Assembly: GCA_050733215.1 (NCBI GenBank)
Contig: JBOHSN010000001.1
Span: 1,487-65,486 of the forward strand
Source of the DNA: Gemmatimonadales bacterium
GTDB taxonomy: Bacteria > Gemmatimonadota > Gemmatimonadetes > Gemmatimonadales > GWC2-71-9
Direction of reading: 5' to 3'
DNA: 64,000 nt
Shown: positions 54,723 to 64,000 of the stretch, piece after piece
Layout of the letters: every line of letters starts with the position of its first letter
How positions within the stretch are numbered: position 1 is the stretch's first letter
Program-made: the position numbers and the translations under genes
The notes under the pieces: model-generated
What the model saw: the letters and a program-made list of their open reading frames with translations, nothing else
The model's database searches: none
What the model was told of the DNA's origin: nothing

Positions 54723-56291
54723 ATGCTACGAACGATAATCCGGCGGGCCGTCCCCGCTGGAGTGCTGGTGGGCGCCGGCCTGGGCTTTGCCTCGCTCGCC
54801 CCCGAGGATCCGCGCCGCTATTTCGCGCAGGTGCTGGACTACGTGCAGGCGTACGCCGCCGACCAGCGCGCGGCCGACAGCCTCTACGTGCGCGCCGCCC
54901 GCGGGCTCCTCCAGCAGATCGATGACCCGTACGCGTCGTTGTTCTCACCCGCTGAGGTGAGTCGCTTTTCCCGCAATACCATCGGGAACGCGTACGGCGG
55001 CCTTGGCATGGTGGTCGAGGGCGTGGGCGACGGCGTGATCGTGAGCCAGGTGTTCCCCGCCTCGCCGGCCGAATCCATCGGGCTCGCGCCGGGCGACCGC
55101 ATCGAGGAGATCGAAGGCGAGCGGGCGGAGCCGTGGGACGTGGATGCCGTGACCGCGCGGCTCATCGGCCGCCCGGGGACGGTGGTGCAGGTGGCCGTGT
55201 CCCGGCCGGGCGTGAACGGCCTGATCCGCGCCGAGGCGCGCCGCGCCACGATCCACGTGCCCGCGGTGCCGTTCGTCCTGACGCTCGACGGCAACATAGG
55301 CTACCTACCACTGCGGCGGTTTAACAACGGAGCGTCGCGCGATGTCGAGCGCGCCATCGCCGAGCTCGAGGAACGCGGAGCGCGCGGTATCGTGCTCGAC
55401 CTCCGAGGGAACGGCGGCGGCGGGTTGGACGCGGCGATCCGGGTGAGCGAGCTGTTTCTCGAGCGGGGCCAGGCCGTCGCCACCGTGCGACAGCGGGGCG
55501 AGCCGCGCGCCACCTATCTCGCGCGCCGCGGGGTGCGCCCGCCCACGGTGCCGCTCGCGGTGCTGGTGGACGGCTTCTCCGCCTCGGCGTCGGAGATCGT
55601 GGCGGGCGCGCTCCAGGATCACGACCGCGCCGTGGTGGTCGGCACCACCAGCTTCGGCAAAGGGCTGGTGCAGACGCTGTTCCCGATCGACGGCGGCTGG
55701 GCGCTCAAGCTCACGACCGGGCGCTGGTACACGCCGAGCGGCCGCTCCATTCAGCGCGACCGGAGCGCCGATACGGCCGCCGCGCCTGCAAGCGACAGCG
55801 CGCCGCCTCCACGTCCGGCGCATACGTCGGACGCGGGTCGCACCGTCTACGGCGGCGGTGGGATCACCCCCGACGTGGTGGTCATGCCCGACACGCTCAC
55901 CACTGCGGAGCAGACGCTCGCGCGGAACCTGGCGCCCCGGTCCCGGGAGTTCCTCAACGCCGTCGCGGCGATCGCCCGCGAGGCGCGGCCCGCTGTGCGG
56001 CCGGGCTTCGCGTTCCGCCCCGAGTGGGGCGACACGCTCTACCGTCGGCTTCGGCGGAGCGGCGTCGCCGTCTCGCGGGCCGAGTACGATGCCGGCGCGC
56101 GCTGGGTTCACGCCCGGCTGGAGCAGCGGATCGCGGGGCTCGCCTTCGGCGACTCCGCCTTCCGCCGCACCGTGCCCCGCGACCTTCAGCTCGCCGCGGC
56201 CGCGGAGCTGCTCCGCGCGAGCTCCACCAGCGCCGAGTTGTTCGCCAACCTGGCGCGGCGCGACGCCGGGCAGGAGCCGGGGTCCCACTGA
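54723..56291 (+). CDS. S41 family C-terminal processing peptidase with PDZ domain
   Basis: 522 aa with a PDZ domain (GLGMVVEGVGDGVIVSQVFPASPAE...GDRIEEIEG). Catalytic blocks are DLRGNGGG, VDGFSASASEIVAGAL and TSFGKGLVQ. Confidence 0.9.
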   Translation: MLRTIIRRAVPAGVLVGAGLGFASLAPEDPRRYFAQVLDYVQAYAADQRAADSLYVRAARGLLQQIDDPYASLFSPAEVSRFSRNTIGNAYGGLGMVVEGVGDGVIVSQVFPASPAESIGLAPGDRIEEIEGERAEPWDVDAVTARLIGRPGTVVQVAVSRPGVNGLIRAEARRATIHVPAVPFVLTLDGNIGYLPLRRFNNGASRDVERAIAELEERGARGIVLDLRGNGGGGLDAAIRVSELFLERGQAVATVRQRGEPRATYLARRGVRPPTVPLAVLVDGFSASASEIVAGALQDHDRAVVVGTTSFGKGLVQTLFPIDGGWALKLTTGRWYTPSGRSIQRDRSADTAAAPASDSAPPPRPAHTSDAGRTVYGGGGITPDVVVMPDTLTTAEQTLARNLAPRSREFLNAVAAIAREARPAVRPGFAFRPEWGDTLYRRLRRSGVAVSRAEYDAGARWVHARLEQRIAGLAFGDSAFRRTVPRDLQLAAAAELLRASSTSAELFANLARRDAGQEPGSH

Positions 56292-57106
56292 TGCGACTCA
56301 TCTCCCCGACCGTCGTCGCGGCCGGCATGCTCGTCGCGGGCGCCTCCACGCTCGCGGCACACGACCTCTTCATCAAGCTCCAGACCTTCTTCGTGCGGCC
56401 GGGCGCCGCGATCAGGGCGCCGGTGCTGAACGGCACGTTCAGCACCAGCGAGAACGCCGTGGCGCGCAACCGCATCGCCGACCTGTCGCTGATCTCGCCG
56501 GCGGGACGCACGTCGCTCGACACCACCGATGTGGATGCCTCGGGCGACACCACCTTTCTGGCGATCCGCGCCGGCAAGCCCGGCACGTACGTGGTGGGGC
56601 TGAGCACGCAGCCCAACGGCATCGCCCTCTCCGGCGAGGAGTTCACCGGTTATCTGAAGGAGGAGGCGCTCGCCGACGTCATCGCCGCCCGGGCGAAGGC
56701 GGGCACCGCCGCCGACTCGGCGCGTGAGCGCTACTCCAAGCACGTGAAGGCGGTGTTCCAGGTGGGCGACGAGCGGAGCGACGGCTACGCCACGGCGCTC
56801 GGCTATGCGGCGGAGATCGTCCCGCTCGACAATCCCTATACGCTCAAGCGCGGCGGCACGCTGCGGGTGCGGTGTCTCGTGGATGGCCGGCCGGCCGCCG
56901 GGCTGGCAGTGCTCGCCGGGGGACGCAAGCCGGACGGGTCGCGCATGCGGCGCCTGGAGCTCGCGAGCGACGCGGACGGAATCACGTCGGTTCCGCTGGA
57001 CGCACGCGGGCACTGGTACGTCAAGTTCATCCACATGGTGCCGGTGAACGAGCCCGGTCTCGACTACGAGTCGAAGTGGGCCACGCTGACGTTCGAGGTG
57101 CGCTAG
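56291..57106 (+). CDS. DUF4198 domain protein (periplasmic, NikM/CbiM-N-like beta-sandwich)
   Basis: ATG 56291 overlaps the S41 stop (TGATG). The signal peptide MRLISPTVVAAGMLVAGASTLAAHD is followed by HDLFIKL and YSKHVKAVFQVG, typical of DUF4198. Confidence 0.78.
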   Translation: MRLISPTVVAAGMLVAGASTLAAHDLFIKLQTFFVRPGAAIRAPVLNGTFSTSENAVARNRIADLSLISPAGRTSLDTTDVDASGDTTFLAIRAGKPGTYVVGLSTQPNGIALSGEEFTGYLKEEALADVIAARAKAGTAADSARERYSKHVKAVFQVGDERSDGYATALGYAAEIVPLDNPYTLKRGGTLRVRCLVDGRPAAGLAVLAGGRKPDGSRMRRLELASDADGITSVPLDARGHWYVKFIHMVPVNEPGLDYESKWATLTFEVR

Positions 57107-57116
57107 GCCCGATCCG

Positions 57117-57995
57117 ATGCGCGTGGCGCTGATCGCGGTGCCCTACGATTCGGGCCGCCGGGGCGAGCGGCTGGGAGCCGGCCCGGAACACCTGCTTGAC
57201 GCGGGACTCGCGCGCCGGCTCGCGGCCGCCGGGCACGAGGCGCGGGTCCGGACCGTCGAGGCGCCCGCTGACGCGTGGCGGGCGGAGATCGGCACCGGAT
57301 TCGCCCTCGCCCGCGGGGTCGCGAGCGCCGTGCGCGAAGCGATCGCGGACGGCGCGTTCCCGCTTGTCCTCTCGGGCAACTGCGGGCCGGCCGCGCTCGG
57401 CTGCATCGCGGGACTCGGGAGCGCACCCGCGATCTTCTGGTTCGACGCGCACGGCGACTTCAACACACCCGAGACGACCGTCGGCGGTTTCCTGGACGGG
57501 ATGGCGCTCGCGACGCTCACCGGGCGCTGCTGGACGCAGCTCGCCGCCGGCATTCCCGGCTTCCAGCCGGTGGTGGAAAGCGCGGTAGCGTTGATCGGCG
57601 CGCGCGACCTGGACCCGCTCGAGGCCGCGGCGCTCGCGGCGTCCCGCGTTCGGAGAGTCTCCGTCGGGGAGGTGCGCGCGCGCCTTCCCGCCGTGCTGCC
57701 GGCTTTCGAGGCGAGTCGGCCCGCCTATCTCCATCTGGACCTGGACGTGCTGGATCCGAGCGAAGGGCGCGTCAACCCCTATGCGTCGCCCAATGGGTTC
57801 AGGCGGGCCGATGTGGAGTGGGCGATCACCGCGATCGCGGGGGCGGTGGCGCTCCGAGCGGCAGCCCTGACGGCGTTCGATCCCGGCAGCGACAGCGGCG
57901 GCCGGGTGTGCGAGAACGCGCTCGCGCTGGGAACCGCATTGATCGATGCCGCGCGGGCGTCGCTGACTAACGCGCCGCGAGGCCTTCCCATCTAG
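57117..57995 (+). CDS. arginase/agmatinase/formiminoglutamase family ureohydrolase
   Basis: 292 aa. The Mn-ligand blocks are FWFDAHGDFNTP, IGARDLDP and LHLDLDVLDP. Confidence 0.88.
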   Translation: MRVALIAVPYDSGRRGERLGAGPEHLLDAGLARRLAAAGHEARVRTVEAPADAWRAEIGTGFALARGVASAVREAIADGAFPLVLSGNCGPAALGCIAGLGSAPAIFWFDAHGDFNTPETTVGGFLDGMALATLTGRCWTQLAAGIPGFQPVVESAVALIGARDLDPLEAAALAASRVRRVSVGEVRARLPAVLPAFEASRPAYLHLDLDVLDPSEGRVNPYASPNGFRRADVEWAITAIAGAVALRAAALTAFDPGSDSGGRVCENALALGTALIDAARASLTNAPRGLPI

Positions 57996-59895
57996 CGAGG
58001 GCGTGATCCAGCGCCGCCCGCGCCGCCTCCAGCTCGCGGCCGAGCGCCTCCGAGCGGGCCGGGGAGTCGCGGCGCACGTAGAGCTCGGGGTCCTCGAGCT
58101 GCGCCGTGATGCCGGCCAGCCGCGCCTCGCACCGGGCGACCTCCGTCTCCGCCGCCGCCAGCTCCCGCTCCGCCGTCCGCTTCGCCGACTGCTCCCGCTT
58201 GCGGCCGTCCTCCGGCCGCCGGGTCTGCTTGCGGTCGCGCACGCGCCGGAGCGACTCCTCCTCCGCGGCCGCCACCGCCGCCGCGTGCGCCCGTTCCGCG
58301 CTCGCCGCCTCCCACGCCTCGAAGCCGCCCGGATAGTCGGTGACGTGCCCGTCGTGCAGCACCCACACCCGCGTGGTGAGCGCCCGGAGCAATGCGCGGT
58401 CGTGGCTCACGAGCACGACGGTGCCGTCGAACTCCTCGATGGCATCCTCCAGCGCTTCGATGGATTCGACGTCGAGGTGGTTGGTGGGCTCGTCGAACAG
58501 GAGCAGGTTCGCGCCGGAGAGCATCATCATCGCGAGCGCCACCCGCGCCTGCTCGCCGCCCGACAGCGAGCCGGCTTTCCGGAGCACCGAGTCGCCGGAG
58601 AAGCCGAATCGGCCGAGGTGCCCCTGCACCGCGCCGCGCCCCCACGCGGGCCGGAGATCCGCGATGATGTCGTAGACCGAGCGGTCGGGCGGCACCTGCC
58701 CCAGGTCCTGGCGGTAGTGCGCCACCCGCACCGACTCGGGCATGCGGAGCACATCGGCGTCCACGCCGCGCTCGCCCGCGATCACCTTGAGCAGCGTGCT
58801 CTTGCCCGCGCCGTTCGGGCCCACGAACCCGATCACGTCCCCGCGGCGCACCGACGCGCTGAAGTCGCGCACCAGTGTCCGTCCCCCGATGGTGAGCGAC
58901 ACCCGCTCGAACGCGAGTACCTGGTCCCCGCCGCGCCCCGCAGCCTCGAGCCGGAGCGACATCGCGCCGTGTTCGCCCGGCGGCGGGCTCAGCCGGCTCA
59001 CCCGCGCGAGGCGGCGGCGGCGCCCCTTGGCCTGGGCGCTGTTCTGCCCGGCGATGTTGCGGCGGATGTAGTCCTCTTCCGCCGCGATCACCCGCGCCTG
59101 CCGGGCGTGCGCCCGCGCCTGCGCCAGCCGCCGCTCGGCACGCTGGCGGATGAATGCCTCGTAGTCGCCTTCGTAGGCGAACCCGGTGCCGGCCTCGAGG
59201 TGGAGCACGTGGTCTACCACGGCCTGGAGGAACGCGCGGTCGTGGCTGATCAGGATGACCGTCGCGTCGAGCCCGTGCAGGTACTCCTCGAGCCAGCGCG
59301 TGGTCTCGATGTCGAGATGGTTGGTGGGCTCGTCGAGCAGCAGCAGGTCGGCGGCGGAGACCAGCTGACACGCCAGCTCGACCCGTCCGCGCTCGCCGCC
59401 GCTCAGGCTCGCGAGCGGGCGGGTCCGCGCCTCGTCCGGATCGAACCCGAGTCCGTGGAGCACCGCGTCCACCCGGGCGGCCACGGTGTAGCCGCCCTCC
59501 CGCTCGAAGCGCTCCAGGTCGCGATCGTAGCGGCCGAGCATCTGCGCCGTGCAGCGGTCGCCGGCCTCCGCCATCGCCACGCCCTGCTCGGCGAGCGAGC
59601 GCTCCAGCGCCAGCAGATCCTTGAACGCGCCGGCGGCGCCTTCCCACACGGTGACCGCGCCGGGAAACCGGCGGTGCTGCTGCATCACCGATATGCGGAG
59701 CGCGCCGGTCCGGGCCACGGTGCCCAGCGTGGGCTCCAAGTCGCCGGCGAGGATCCGGAGCAGCGTGGTCTTGCCCGAGCCGTTCCGGCCGATGATCCCC
59801 CACTTCTCGCCGCGGAGGACCGTGAAGGTGACGCCGCCGAAAAGGCGCGCGCCGGCGAAGTCCACGGCCGCACCCGAGATCGTGAGCTGGGGCAC
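57967..59895 (-). CDS. ABC-F family ATPase (ribosome-associated type, tandem ABC domains with linker and C-terminal coiled coil)
   Basis: 642 aa from a GTG start. Walker A motifs are GRNGSGKTT and GPNGAGKST, signatures are LSGGERGR and LSGGEQAR, there are no TM domains, and the tail is a Lys/Arg/Glu-rich coiled coil. Confidence 0.92.
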   Translation of the reverse strand: MPQLTISGAAVDFAGARLFGGVTFTVLRGEKWGIIGRNGSGKTTLLRILAGDLEPTLGTVARTGALRISVMQQHRRFPGAVTVWEGAAGAFKDLLALERSLAEQGVAMAEAGDRCTAQMLGRYDRDLERFEREGGYTVAARVDAVLHGLGFDPDEARTRPLASLSGGERGRVELACQLVSAADLLLLDEPTNHLDIETTRWLEEYLHGLDATVILISHDRAFLQAVVDHVLHLEAGTGFAYEGDYEAFIRQRAERRLAQARAHARQARVIAAEEDYIRRNIAGQNSAQAKGRRRRLARVSRLSPPPGEHGAMSLRLEAAGRGGDQVLAFERVSLTIGGRTLVRDFSASVRRGDVIGFVGPNGAGKSTLLKVIAGERGVDADVLRMPESVRVAHYRQDLGQVPPDRSVYDIIADLRPAWGRGAVQGHLGRFGFSGDSVLRKAGSLSGGEQARVALAMMMLSGANLLLFDEPTNHLDVESIEALEDAIEEFDGTVVLVSHDRALLRALTTRVWVLHDGHVTDYPGGFEAWEAASAERAHAAAVAAAEEESLRRVRDRKQTRRPEDGRKREQSAKRTAERELAAAETEVARCEARLAGITAQLEDPELYVRRDSPARSEALGRELEAARAALDHALARWEGLAAR

Positions 59896-61062
59896 TTACG
59901 CCGGCGCAGTTGGAGCGGATTCGGCCGGGGCGAGCGCGGTCCGGCTCTCGTCCCACAGCCGGATCATCTGGGTGAAGGTCTGGGCGATCTCGGGATCGAA
60001 CTCCAGGCCCGCGCGCTCGGCGAGATACCCGAGCGCGCGATCGGACGCCCACGCCGGCCGATACGGCCGGTCGGTGCAGAGGGCGTCGTACACGTCGCAG
60101 ACGTGGACCAGCTTGCTCGCGTAGTGGCAGTCGCGGGCGTAGCGGAGCCGCGGATAGCCGCCGCCGTCGAGCATGATGTGGTGCTCGTACGCCACGAAGG
60201 CCGCTGTCTCCAGCCGGGTGTCCCGCTCGAGAAGGATCCGCGCGCCGTCCACCGGATGTCGCTGCATCACCTCGCGCTCCTCCTCGGTGAGCTTGCCCGG
60301 CTTGATGAGGATCTCCTTCGGGATCCGCACCTTGCCGAGGTCGTGCAGGAGGCCCGCTACACCGAACTGCCGGATCTCACGCGAGCCAAGGCCGAGGTAC
60401 TCCGCCAGGCCCATGGAGAGCACCGCGACGTTGCTGGAATGCGTCGTGGTGTATTGATCGAAGCTCTTGAGCTGCAGCAGCGGCAGCCGGATCTGGCTCT
60501 GGCTGTGCATCGCGAGCGAGAGCGATCGCACCACGGCCTCCGCCTCGAGCAGCGGGAGGCGGCCAAGCTGTTGCACCTCGCCGTGCATCCACTGGATCGC
60601 GTCCGCCTCGGCGTCCAGAGACGGCGCATCCTCACTCGCACCCGCACTCGCACTCTCACTGCCCCGCACCTCCACTGCGCCGTAGCGGATCTTCCCTGGG
60701 TAGAGCTGGCGCGCCTCGGCCGATGGCGGCGTTTCCCCGGCGATCCGCTGGAGCATGTCCGAGAGCCAGCCGGCGTATTCATCGCGTTCGACCCCGTCCA
60801 GAAACTCGATTCGCTGGATGCCCGCTGCCGCGAGCCGGCTGCCCCATTCCCAGCCGGCCAGCTCGCGCACGACCTGCCGGCCGCAGATCACGTCGCCTTC
60901 GAGGAACGAAAAGCGCGGCGGCGTGTCGTCCAGCACCAGCTCACGAAGCAGATCGAACGACGCGTCCACCGCCCGTTCACGCGACGGGTGCCCGGCCGGA
61001 TACAGTCCCATCACCGAAAGGGTCTGGCCCAGGCTGGTGAGGAACTTGACCGGATCGCTCAC
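59896..61062 (-). CDS. HD-GYP domain phosphodiesterase with N-terminal uncharacterised domain
   Basis: GTG 61062 overlaps the upstream stop (GTGA). It has HSSNVAVLS, GLLHDLGK, YEHHIMLDGGGYP and DVYDALCTDRPYR. Its stop abuts the ABC-F start with a 0-nt gap. Confidence 0.88.
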   Translation of the reverse strand: MSDPVKFLTSLGQTLSVMGLYPAGHPSRERAVDASFDLLRELVLDDTPPRFSFLEGDVICGRQVVRELAGWEWGSRLAAAGIQRIEFLDGVERDEYAGWLSDMLQRIAGETPPSAEARQLYPGKIRYGAVEVRGSESASAGASEDAPSLDAEADAIQWMHGEVQQLGRLPLLEAEAVVRSLSLAMHSQSQIRLPLLQLKSFDQYTTTHSSNVAVLSMGLAEYLGLGSREIRQFGVAGLLHDLGKVRIPKEILIKPGKLTEEEREVMQRHPVDGARILLERDTRLETAAFVAYEHHIMLDGGGYPRLRYARDCHYASKLVHVCDVYDALCTDRPYRPAWASDRALGYLAERAGLEFDPEIAQTFTQMIRLWDESRTALAPAESAPTAPA

Positions 61063-63110
61063 GCGGCTACCGCCGCGGCGGCGGCCTGCAACTCGGCATC
61101 GCGGGTCCGCGCCGCCAGCCGCAGCACCTCCGCGGCCCGTGGATTTTGCGCCCATCGCAGCGCAAGCGCAGTGACGGCGGCCACCAGATCCGAGGACTTC
61201 GGGGCGAGGCGGACGCCGGGCAGCAGCCGACGTTTCGTCAGGCAGCGCTCCACCAGCCACTCGCACGCGGCCGGCGCCGCGATGGCGCCGACGGAGCGGA
61301 TCAGCAGCGCGCGGAGCTCGGGCGGATGGCTCCGCTCGTCGAGTTGGCGGTCCACGAACGGGAGCGCGGCGGGCGGGCACCCGTCCAGCGCGGAAGCGAT
61401 CGCCATGCGCAGGTTGTGCTCGTCCGCTTCGCCGAGTCCGCGCGCGATCGCCTCGTCGCGGAGCTCGGGCGCGCGGAGCGCCATCTTGAGCGCCTCCCGG
61501 CGCACCCGCGCGTCGGGATGCCCGAGAAAGGCGCGCGGCGTGAACTCCGGCGGGCGCGACGGCATGGCGCCCAGCAGCACCAGCATGTTGCGCTGCACGT
61601 ACCAGTGCGGTGAGTCGAGCCGCGCCACGATGCGCCCCCCGACCGTCGAGCCCAGGCTCCCCACCCAGCCGAGCAGGCGGCGGCGGGTGGTCCGGAGCGG
61701 CGAGTCCACGAGCGCGTCCAGCAGTGGCTCGACCGCGTCGATCCCGAGCCGGCGGAGGAGCGGCTCCACCACGGTGGGATCCGGCTCGTCCACGACGAGC
61801 AGGTCGCGGAGCATGTCGGGCGTGGCCACCCGTTGCCAGATCCCTTCCGCCGTGGCGTCGCCCTCGGGGGCGCCCACGAGCACGGCGAGCAGGTCGGCCA
61901 GCCCGCCGCCCTCGATCATCGTCTCGACCGCACGGGCGACCGGCGCGCCATACACCTGGGCCTCGATCGCGGTCTGCACCAGCCTCCGCGCCTCCGCGGG
62001 GCCGACCTCGGTGGCGAGCCGGGCCCCGGTCGCCACTCGCGGAGCGCTGGCCGCACCCGCCGCGCCCGCGGCCCCCACCGGACGGGCGAGCCCCTCGAGC
62101 ATCGCGGTGTACGATACGGGGTTGGGGTCCCGGAGCGCCCAGTCCTCAAGCATCTCGCGCACCATGTCCCGCAGCGACTCGTCGTCCTGCGCGGGCAGCT
62201 CGTCCGGCCCTGCCGCGTCGGCGTGCGTGGCCAGCTTCGAGAAGATCCGGAGCAGCGAGTGCGAGATGGTCTGCTCGCTCGAGCCGGCAAAGGCGCGCAC
62301 GAGCTCGACCACCGCGCCGACGGGCATCGTGCGGGCCACGTCCACGGCGAGCATCTGGCGCTGTCCCGCGTCGGGACCGAGCTGGAGCAAGTGGTGGAGA
62401 GTCTCGGGGCTGAGGTTGGAGAACAGCTCGGACAGCTGGCGCCGTACCCCGCGCGCCTCGGGACCTTCGTCCTGCCGCGCCGCCTCGCCGAGCTCGATCA
62501 GGTGGCGGCTCACCGAACGGGTGTACTCGTTGTCGCGCCGCCGCGCATTGATCACGGCCGCCAGCGCCTTGGCATCGAGCGCTTCGTCGGACGGCGTCGG
62601 CGTCAGGTCGGGGTCCGCGGCGAAGGCGGTGCGGGCGAGATCGCCCCACAGGCGCTGGGCGCGCGCCTCATCGCCCGATTCCGGACGGCCGCGGTCACCG
62701 GCGAGCCGCAGGCGGTCAAACGCGAGCGCCGCGACCCGGATGTGCGGCCACGCCGGCGGCTCCGCATCCGGGGCGCTCTCGGCGCGACCATTCAGGTAGA
62801 TGAGGAACTCGCTCAGCTCGGCCGCCTCGACGCCGCGGGCGAACTCGATCCCGCCGATCTGGCGGCGATGGAGGCGCTGCGCGAGCTCGCGGAGCACCGG
62901 GTGCGCAGCATCGGTGGCGGTGCCGTCGACCAGGATGTGGGCGCGCGCGATACCGAGCGTGAGCGGGGAATGCTCGCGTAGCCGCTCGGCGAGCGCGCCC
63001 AGAGCCCCGCCGACGGCGCCCACCGCGAGGGGGTGGCGAGGCGGATAGGCAGCGCTCTTGTGCAGGGCGATCGAGAGCTGGACGAGAAAAGCCGTCAGAG
63101 CGCGATCCAC
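61059..63110 (-). CDS. HEAT/ARM-like repeat protein sharing the N-terminal domain of the adjacent HD-GYP protein
   Basis: 683 aa from a GTG start. The N-terminus (FLVQLSIALHKSAAYPPRHP...IGGIEFARGVEAAELSEFL) aligns by eye with the HD-GYP N-terminus (FLTSLGQTLSVMGLYPAGHP...IQRIEFLDGVERDEYAGWL). The C-terminal half has HEAT-like repeats (DARVRREALKMAL, ELRALLIRSVGAI). Confidence 0.8.
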   Translation of the reverse strand: MDRALTAFLVQLSIALHKSAAYPPRHPLAVGAVGGALGALAERLREHSPLTLGIARAHILVDGTATDAAHPVLRELAQRLHRRQIGGIEFARGVEAAELSEFLIYLNGRAESAPDAEPPAWPHIRVAALAFDRLRLAGDRGRPESGDEARAQRLWGDLARTAFAADPDLTPTPSDEALDAKALAAVINARRRDNEYTRSVSRHLIELGEAARQDEGPEARGVRRQLSELFSNLSPETLHHLLQLGPDAGQRQMLAVDVARTMPVGAVVELVRAFAGSSEQTISHSLLRIFSKLATHADAAGPDELPAQDDESLRDMVREMLEDWALRDPNPVSYTAMLEGLARPVGAAGAAGAASAPRVATGARLATEVGPAEARRLVQTAIEAQVYGAPVARAVETMIEGGGLADLLAVLVGAPEGDATAEGIWQRVATPDMLRDLLVVDEPDPTVVEPLLRRLGIDAVEPLLDALVDSPLRTTRRRLLGWVGSLGSTVGGRIVARLDSPHWYVQRNMLVLLGAMPSRPPEFTPRAFLGHPDARVRREALKMALRAPELRDEAIARGLGEADEHNLRMAIASALDGCPPAALPFVDRQLDERSHPPELRALLIRSVGAIAAPAACEWLVERCLTKRRLLPGVRLAPKSSDLVAAVTALALRWAQNPRAAEVLRLAARTRDAELQAAAAAVAA

Positions 63111-63234
63111 GTCAGCGGGCGTCGGAGTTCGGGATGGGTCGCAAGGGGCTCGTTGAAGGTCACCGCGCCCGCACCGCGGGTCAAGGAGACAAGGGCCTAC
63201 CCCGCCGCGAAGCGGCCTCGTAACTTCCGCGCCG

Positions 63235-64000
63235 CATGCCCATGCCAGTCATACCGGCGGTGCTCGCTGCGGTGGCTGCGGCCGCGCTCGGAGGCGCGGG
63301 CGGTCTCTCCGCGCAGTCCGCGCCGGCGCGCGCTCCGAATCCGGCCGGCCGCATCCCCATCCTCGAGTATCACCTCATCGGCGACAAGGACAGCCGCTGG
63401 GGGCGCTCGCGCGAGGGGTTCCGCCGCGATCTCCAGCTCCTCTACGATCGCGGTTATCGCCCGATCACCGTGGCCGAGCTGGTGGACGGCAGCTTCACGC
63501 TCCCGGCCGGTCTCTCGCCGGTCGCGTTCACGTTCGACGACGCGTCGCCCGGACAATTCCGGTATCTGGAGAAAGACGGCAAGCTCGAGGTGGATCCGGC
63601 CAGCGGGCTCGGCATCTGGCTCAACTTCGCGGGCACCCATCCCGACTGGGCGCCGCGCGCTACGTTCTGCCTGCTGCCCGCGGCGAGCCAGGGCCATGCG
63701 TTCTTCGGCGACAAGGGCGTCCAGGGGCAGCGCACCGAGTGGCGGTTTCGCAAGCTCCGCAACCTCGCCGCGCGCGGGTTCGAGCTCTGCGTCCACACGC
63801 TCTGGCACGCGAACCTCGGCAAGCTGAGCGACGCGGCCGTGCAGGAACAGATCGCGCGGAGCGTGCTGGCCGTGGATTCCGCGGTGCCCGGCTATCGCGT
63901 GCGCACCTTCGCGCTCCCGCTCGGCGTCTGGCCGAGGAACCGGGCGCTCGCGCGGGCTGGAAGCTGGCGCGATCCGAAGACCGGCCGTGTGGTGCGCTAC
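63235..64000 (+). CDS. polysaccharide deacetylase (NodB homology) family protein, N-terminal part (runs off the right edge)
   Basis: Absent from the ORF track because no stop lies in the window. Manual translation from ATG 63235 gives MPMPVIPAVLAAVAAAALGGAGGLSAQ (signal peptide), then IPILEYHLIG, VAFTFDDASPGQF and ELCVHTLWHANL. The listed minus ORF 63197..63808 is its shadow. Confidence 0.8.

Noticed and set aside
57992-60052. 686-aa minus ORF in a different frame from the ABC-F gene
   Set aside because: The Walker and signature motifs are in the 57967..59895 frame. This frame is Arg/Gly/Pro-rich.
58003-62799. 1598-aa ORF on the plus strand, the longest in the window
   Set aside because: It is antisense to the ABC-F, HD-GYP and HEAT genes, all of which have clear catalytic motifs. 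Its translation is Arg/Ala/Pro/Ser-rich without any recognisable domain.
63197-63808. 203-aa minus ORF near the right edge
   Set aside because: It is the antisense shadow of the plus-strand polysaccharide deacetylase gene, which has a signal peptide and NodB-type motifs but is unlisted because it lacks a stop in the window.

Overview
High-GC bacterial chromosomal segment (GC estimated by eye, not computed), densely packed with about 60 protein genes, most on the minus strand. I saw no rRNA, tRNA, CRISPR array, transposase or integrase. Many long ORFs in the track are off-frame or antisense shadows typical of high-GC DNA. I called genes only where the translation shows recognisable motifs, a signal peptide or transmembrane architecture. 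Recognisable content: an ergothioneine cluster (disulfide reductase, egtB, egtD, egtA-like); a qor, DUF1015, serA, serC run; treZ; two tandem Gly-zipper stress-protein paralogs; cimA with a promoter and attenuator-like leader; thiC with a TPP riboswitch; pdxH; a SufU-like scaffold next to a rhodanese; many secreted or lipoprotein peptidases (M48, DUF885, M1, M24, M28, S41); a tightly coupled HEAT-repeat, HD-GYP, ABC-F trio; and an AAA ATPase (DUF4143-type) plus ParB-like pair beside an AT-rich spacer and a decayed methyltransferase C-terminus. The most unusual signal is non-genic. At least 13 long hairpins have arms made of tandem 6-, 7-, 8- or 10-nt units, in several sequence families. They fill intergenic gaps almost exactly and often contain the neighbouring stop or start codons. 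Their arms have unequal unit numbers (up to 18 versus 5). In several cases they are translated as C-terminal tails or lipoprotein signal peptides. I do not know of a described element class matching this and cannot check databases here.
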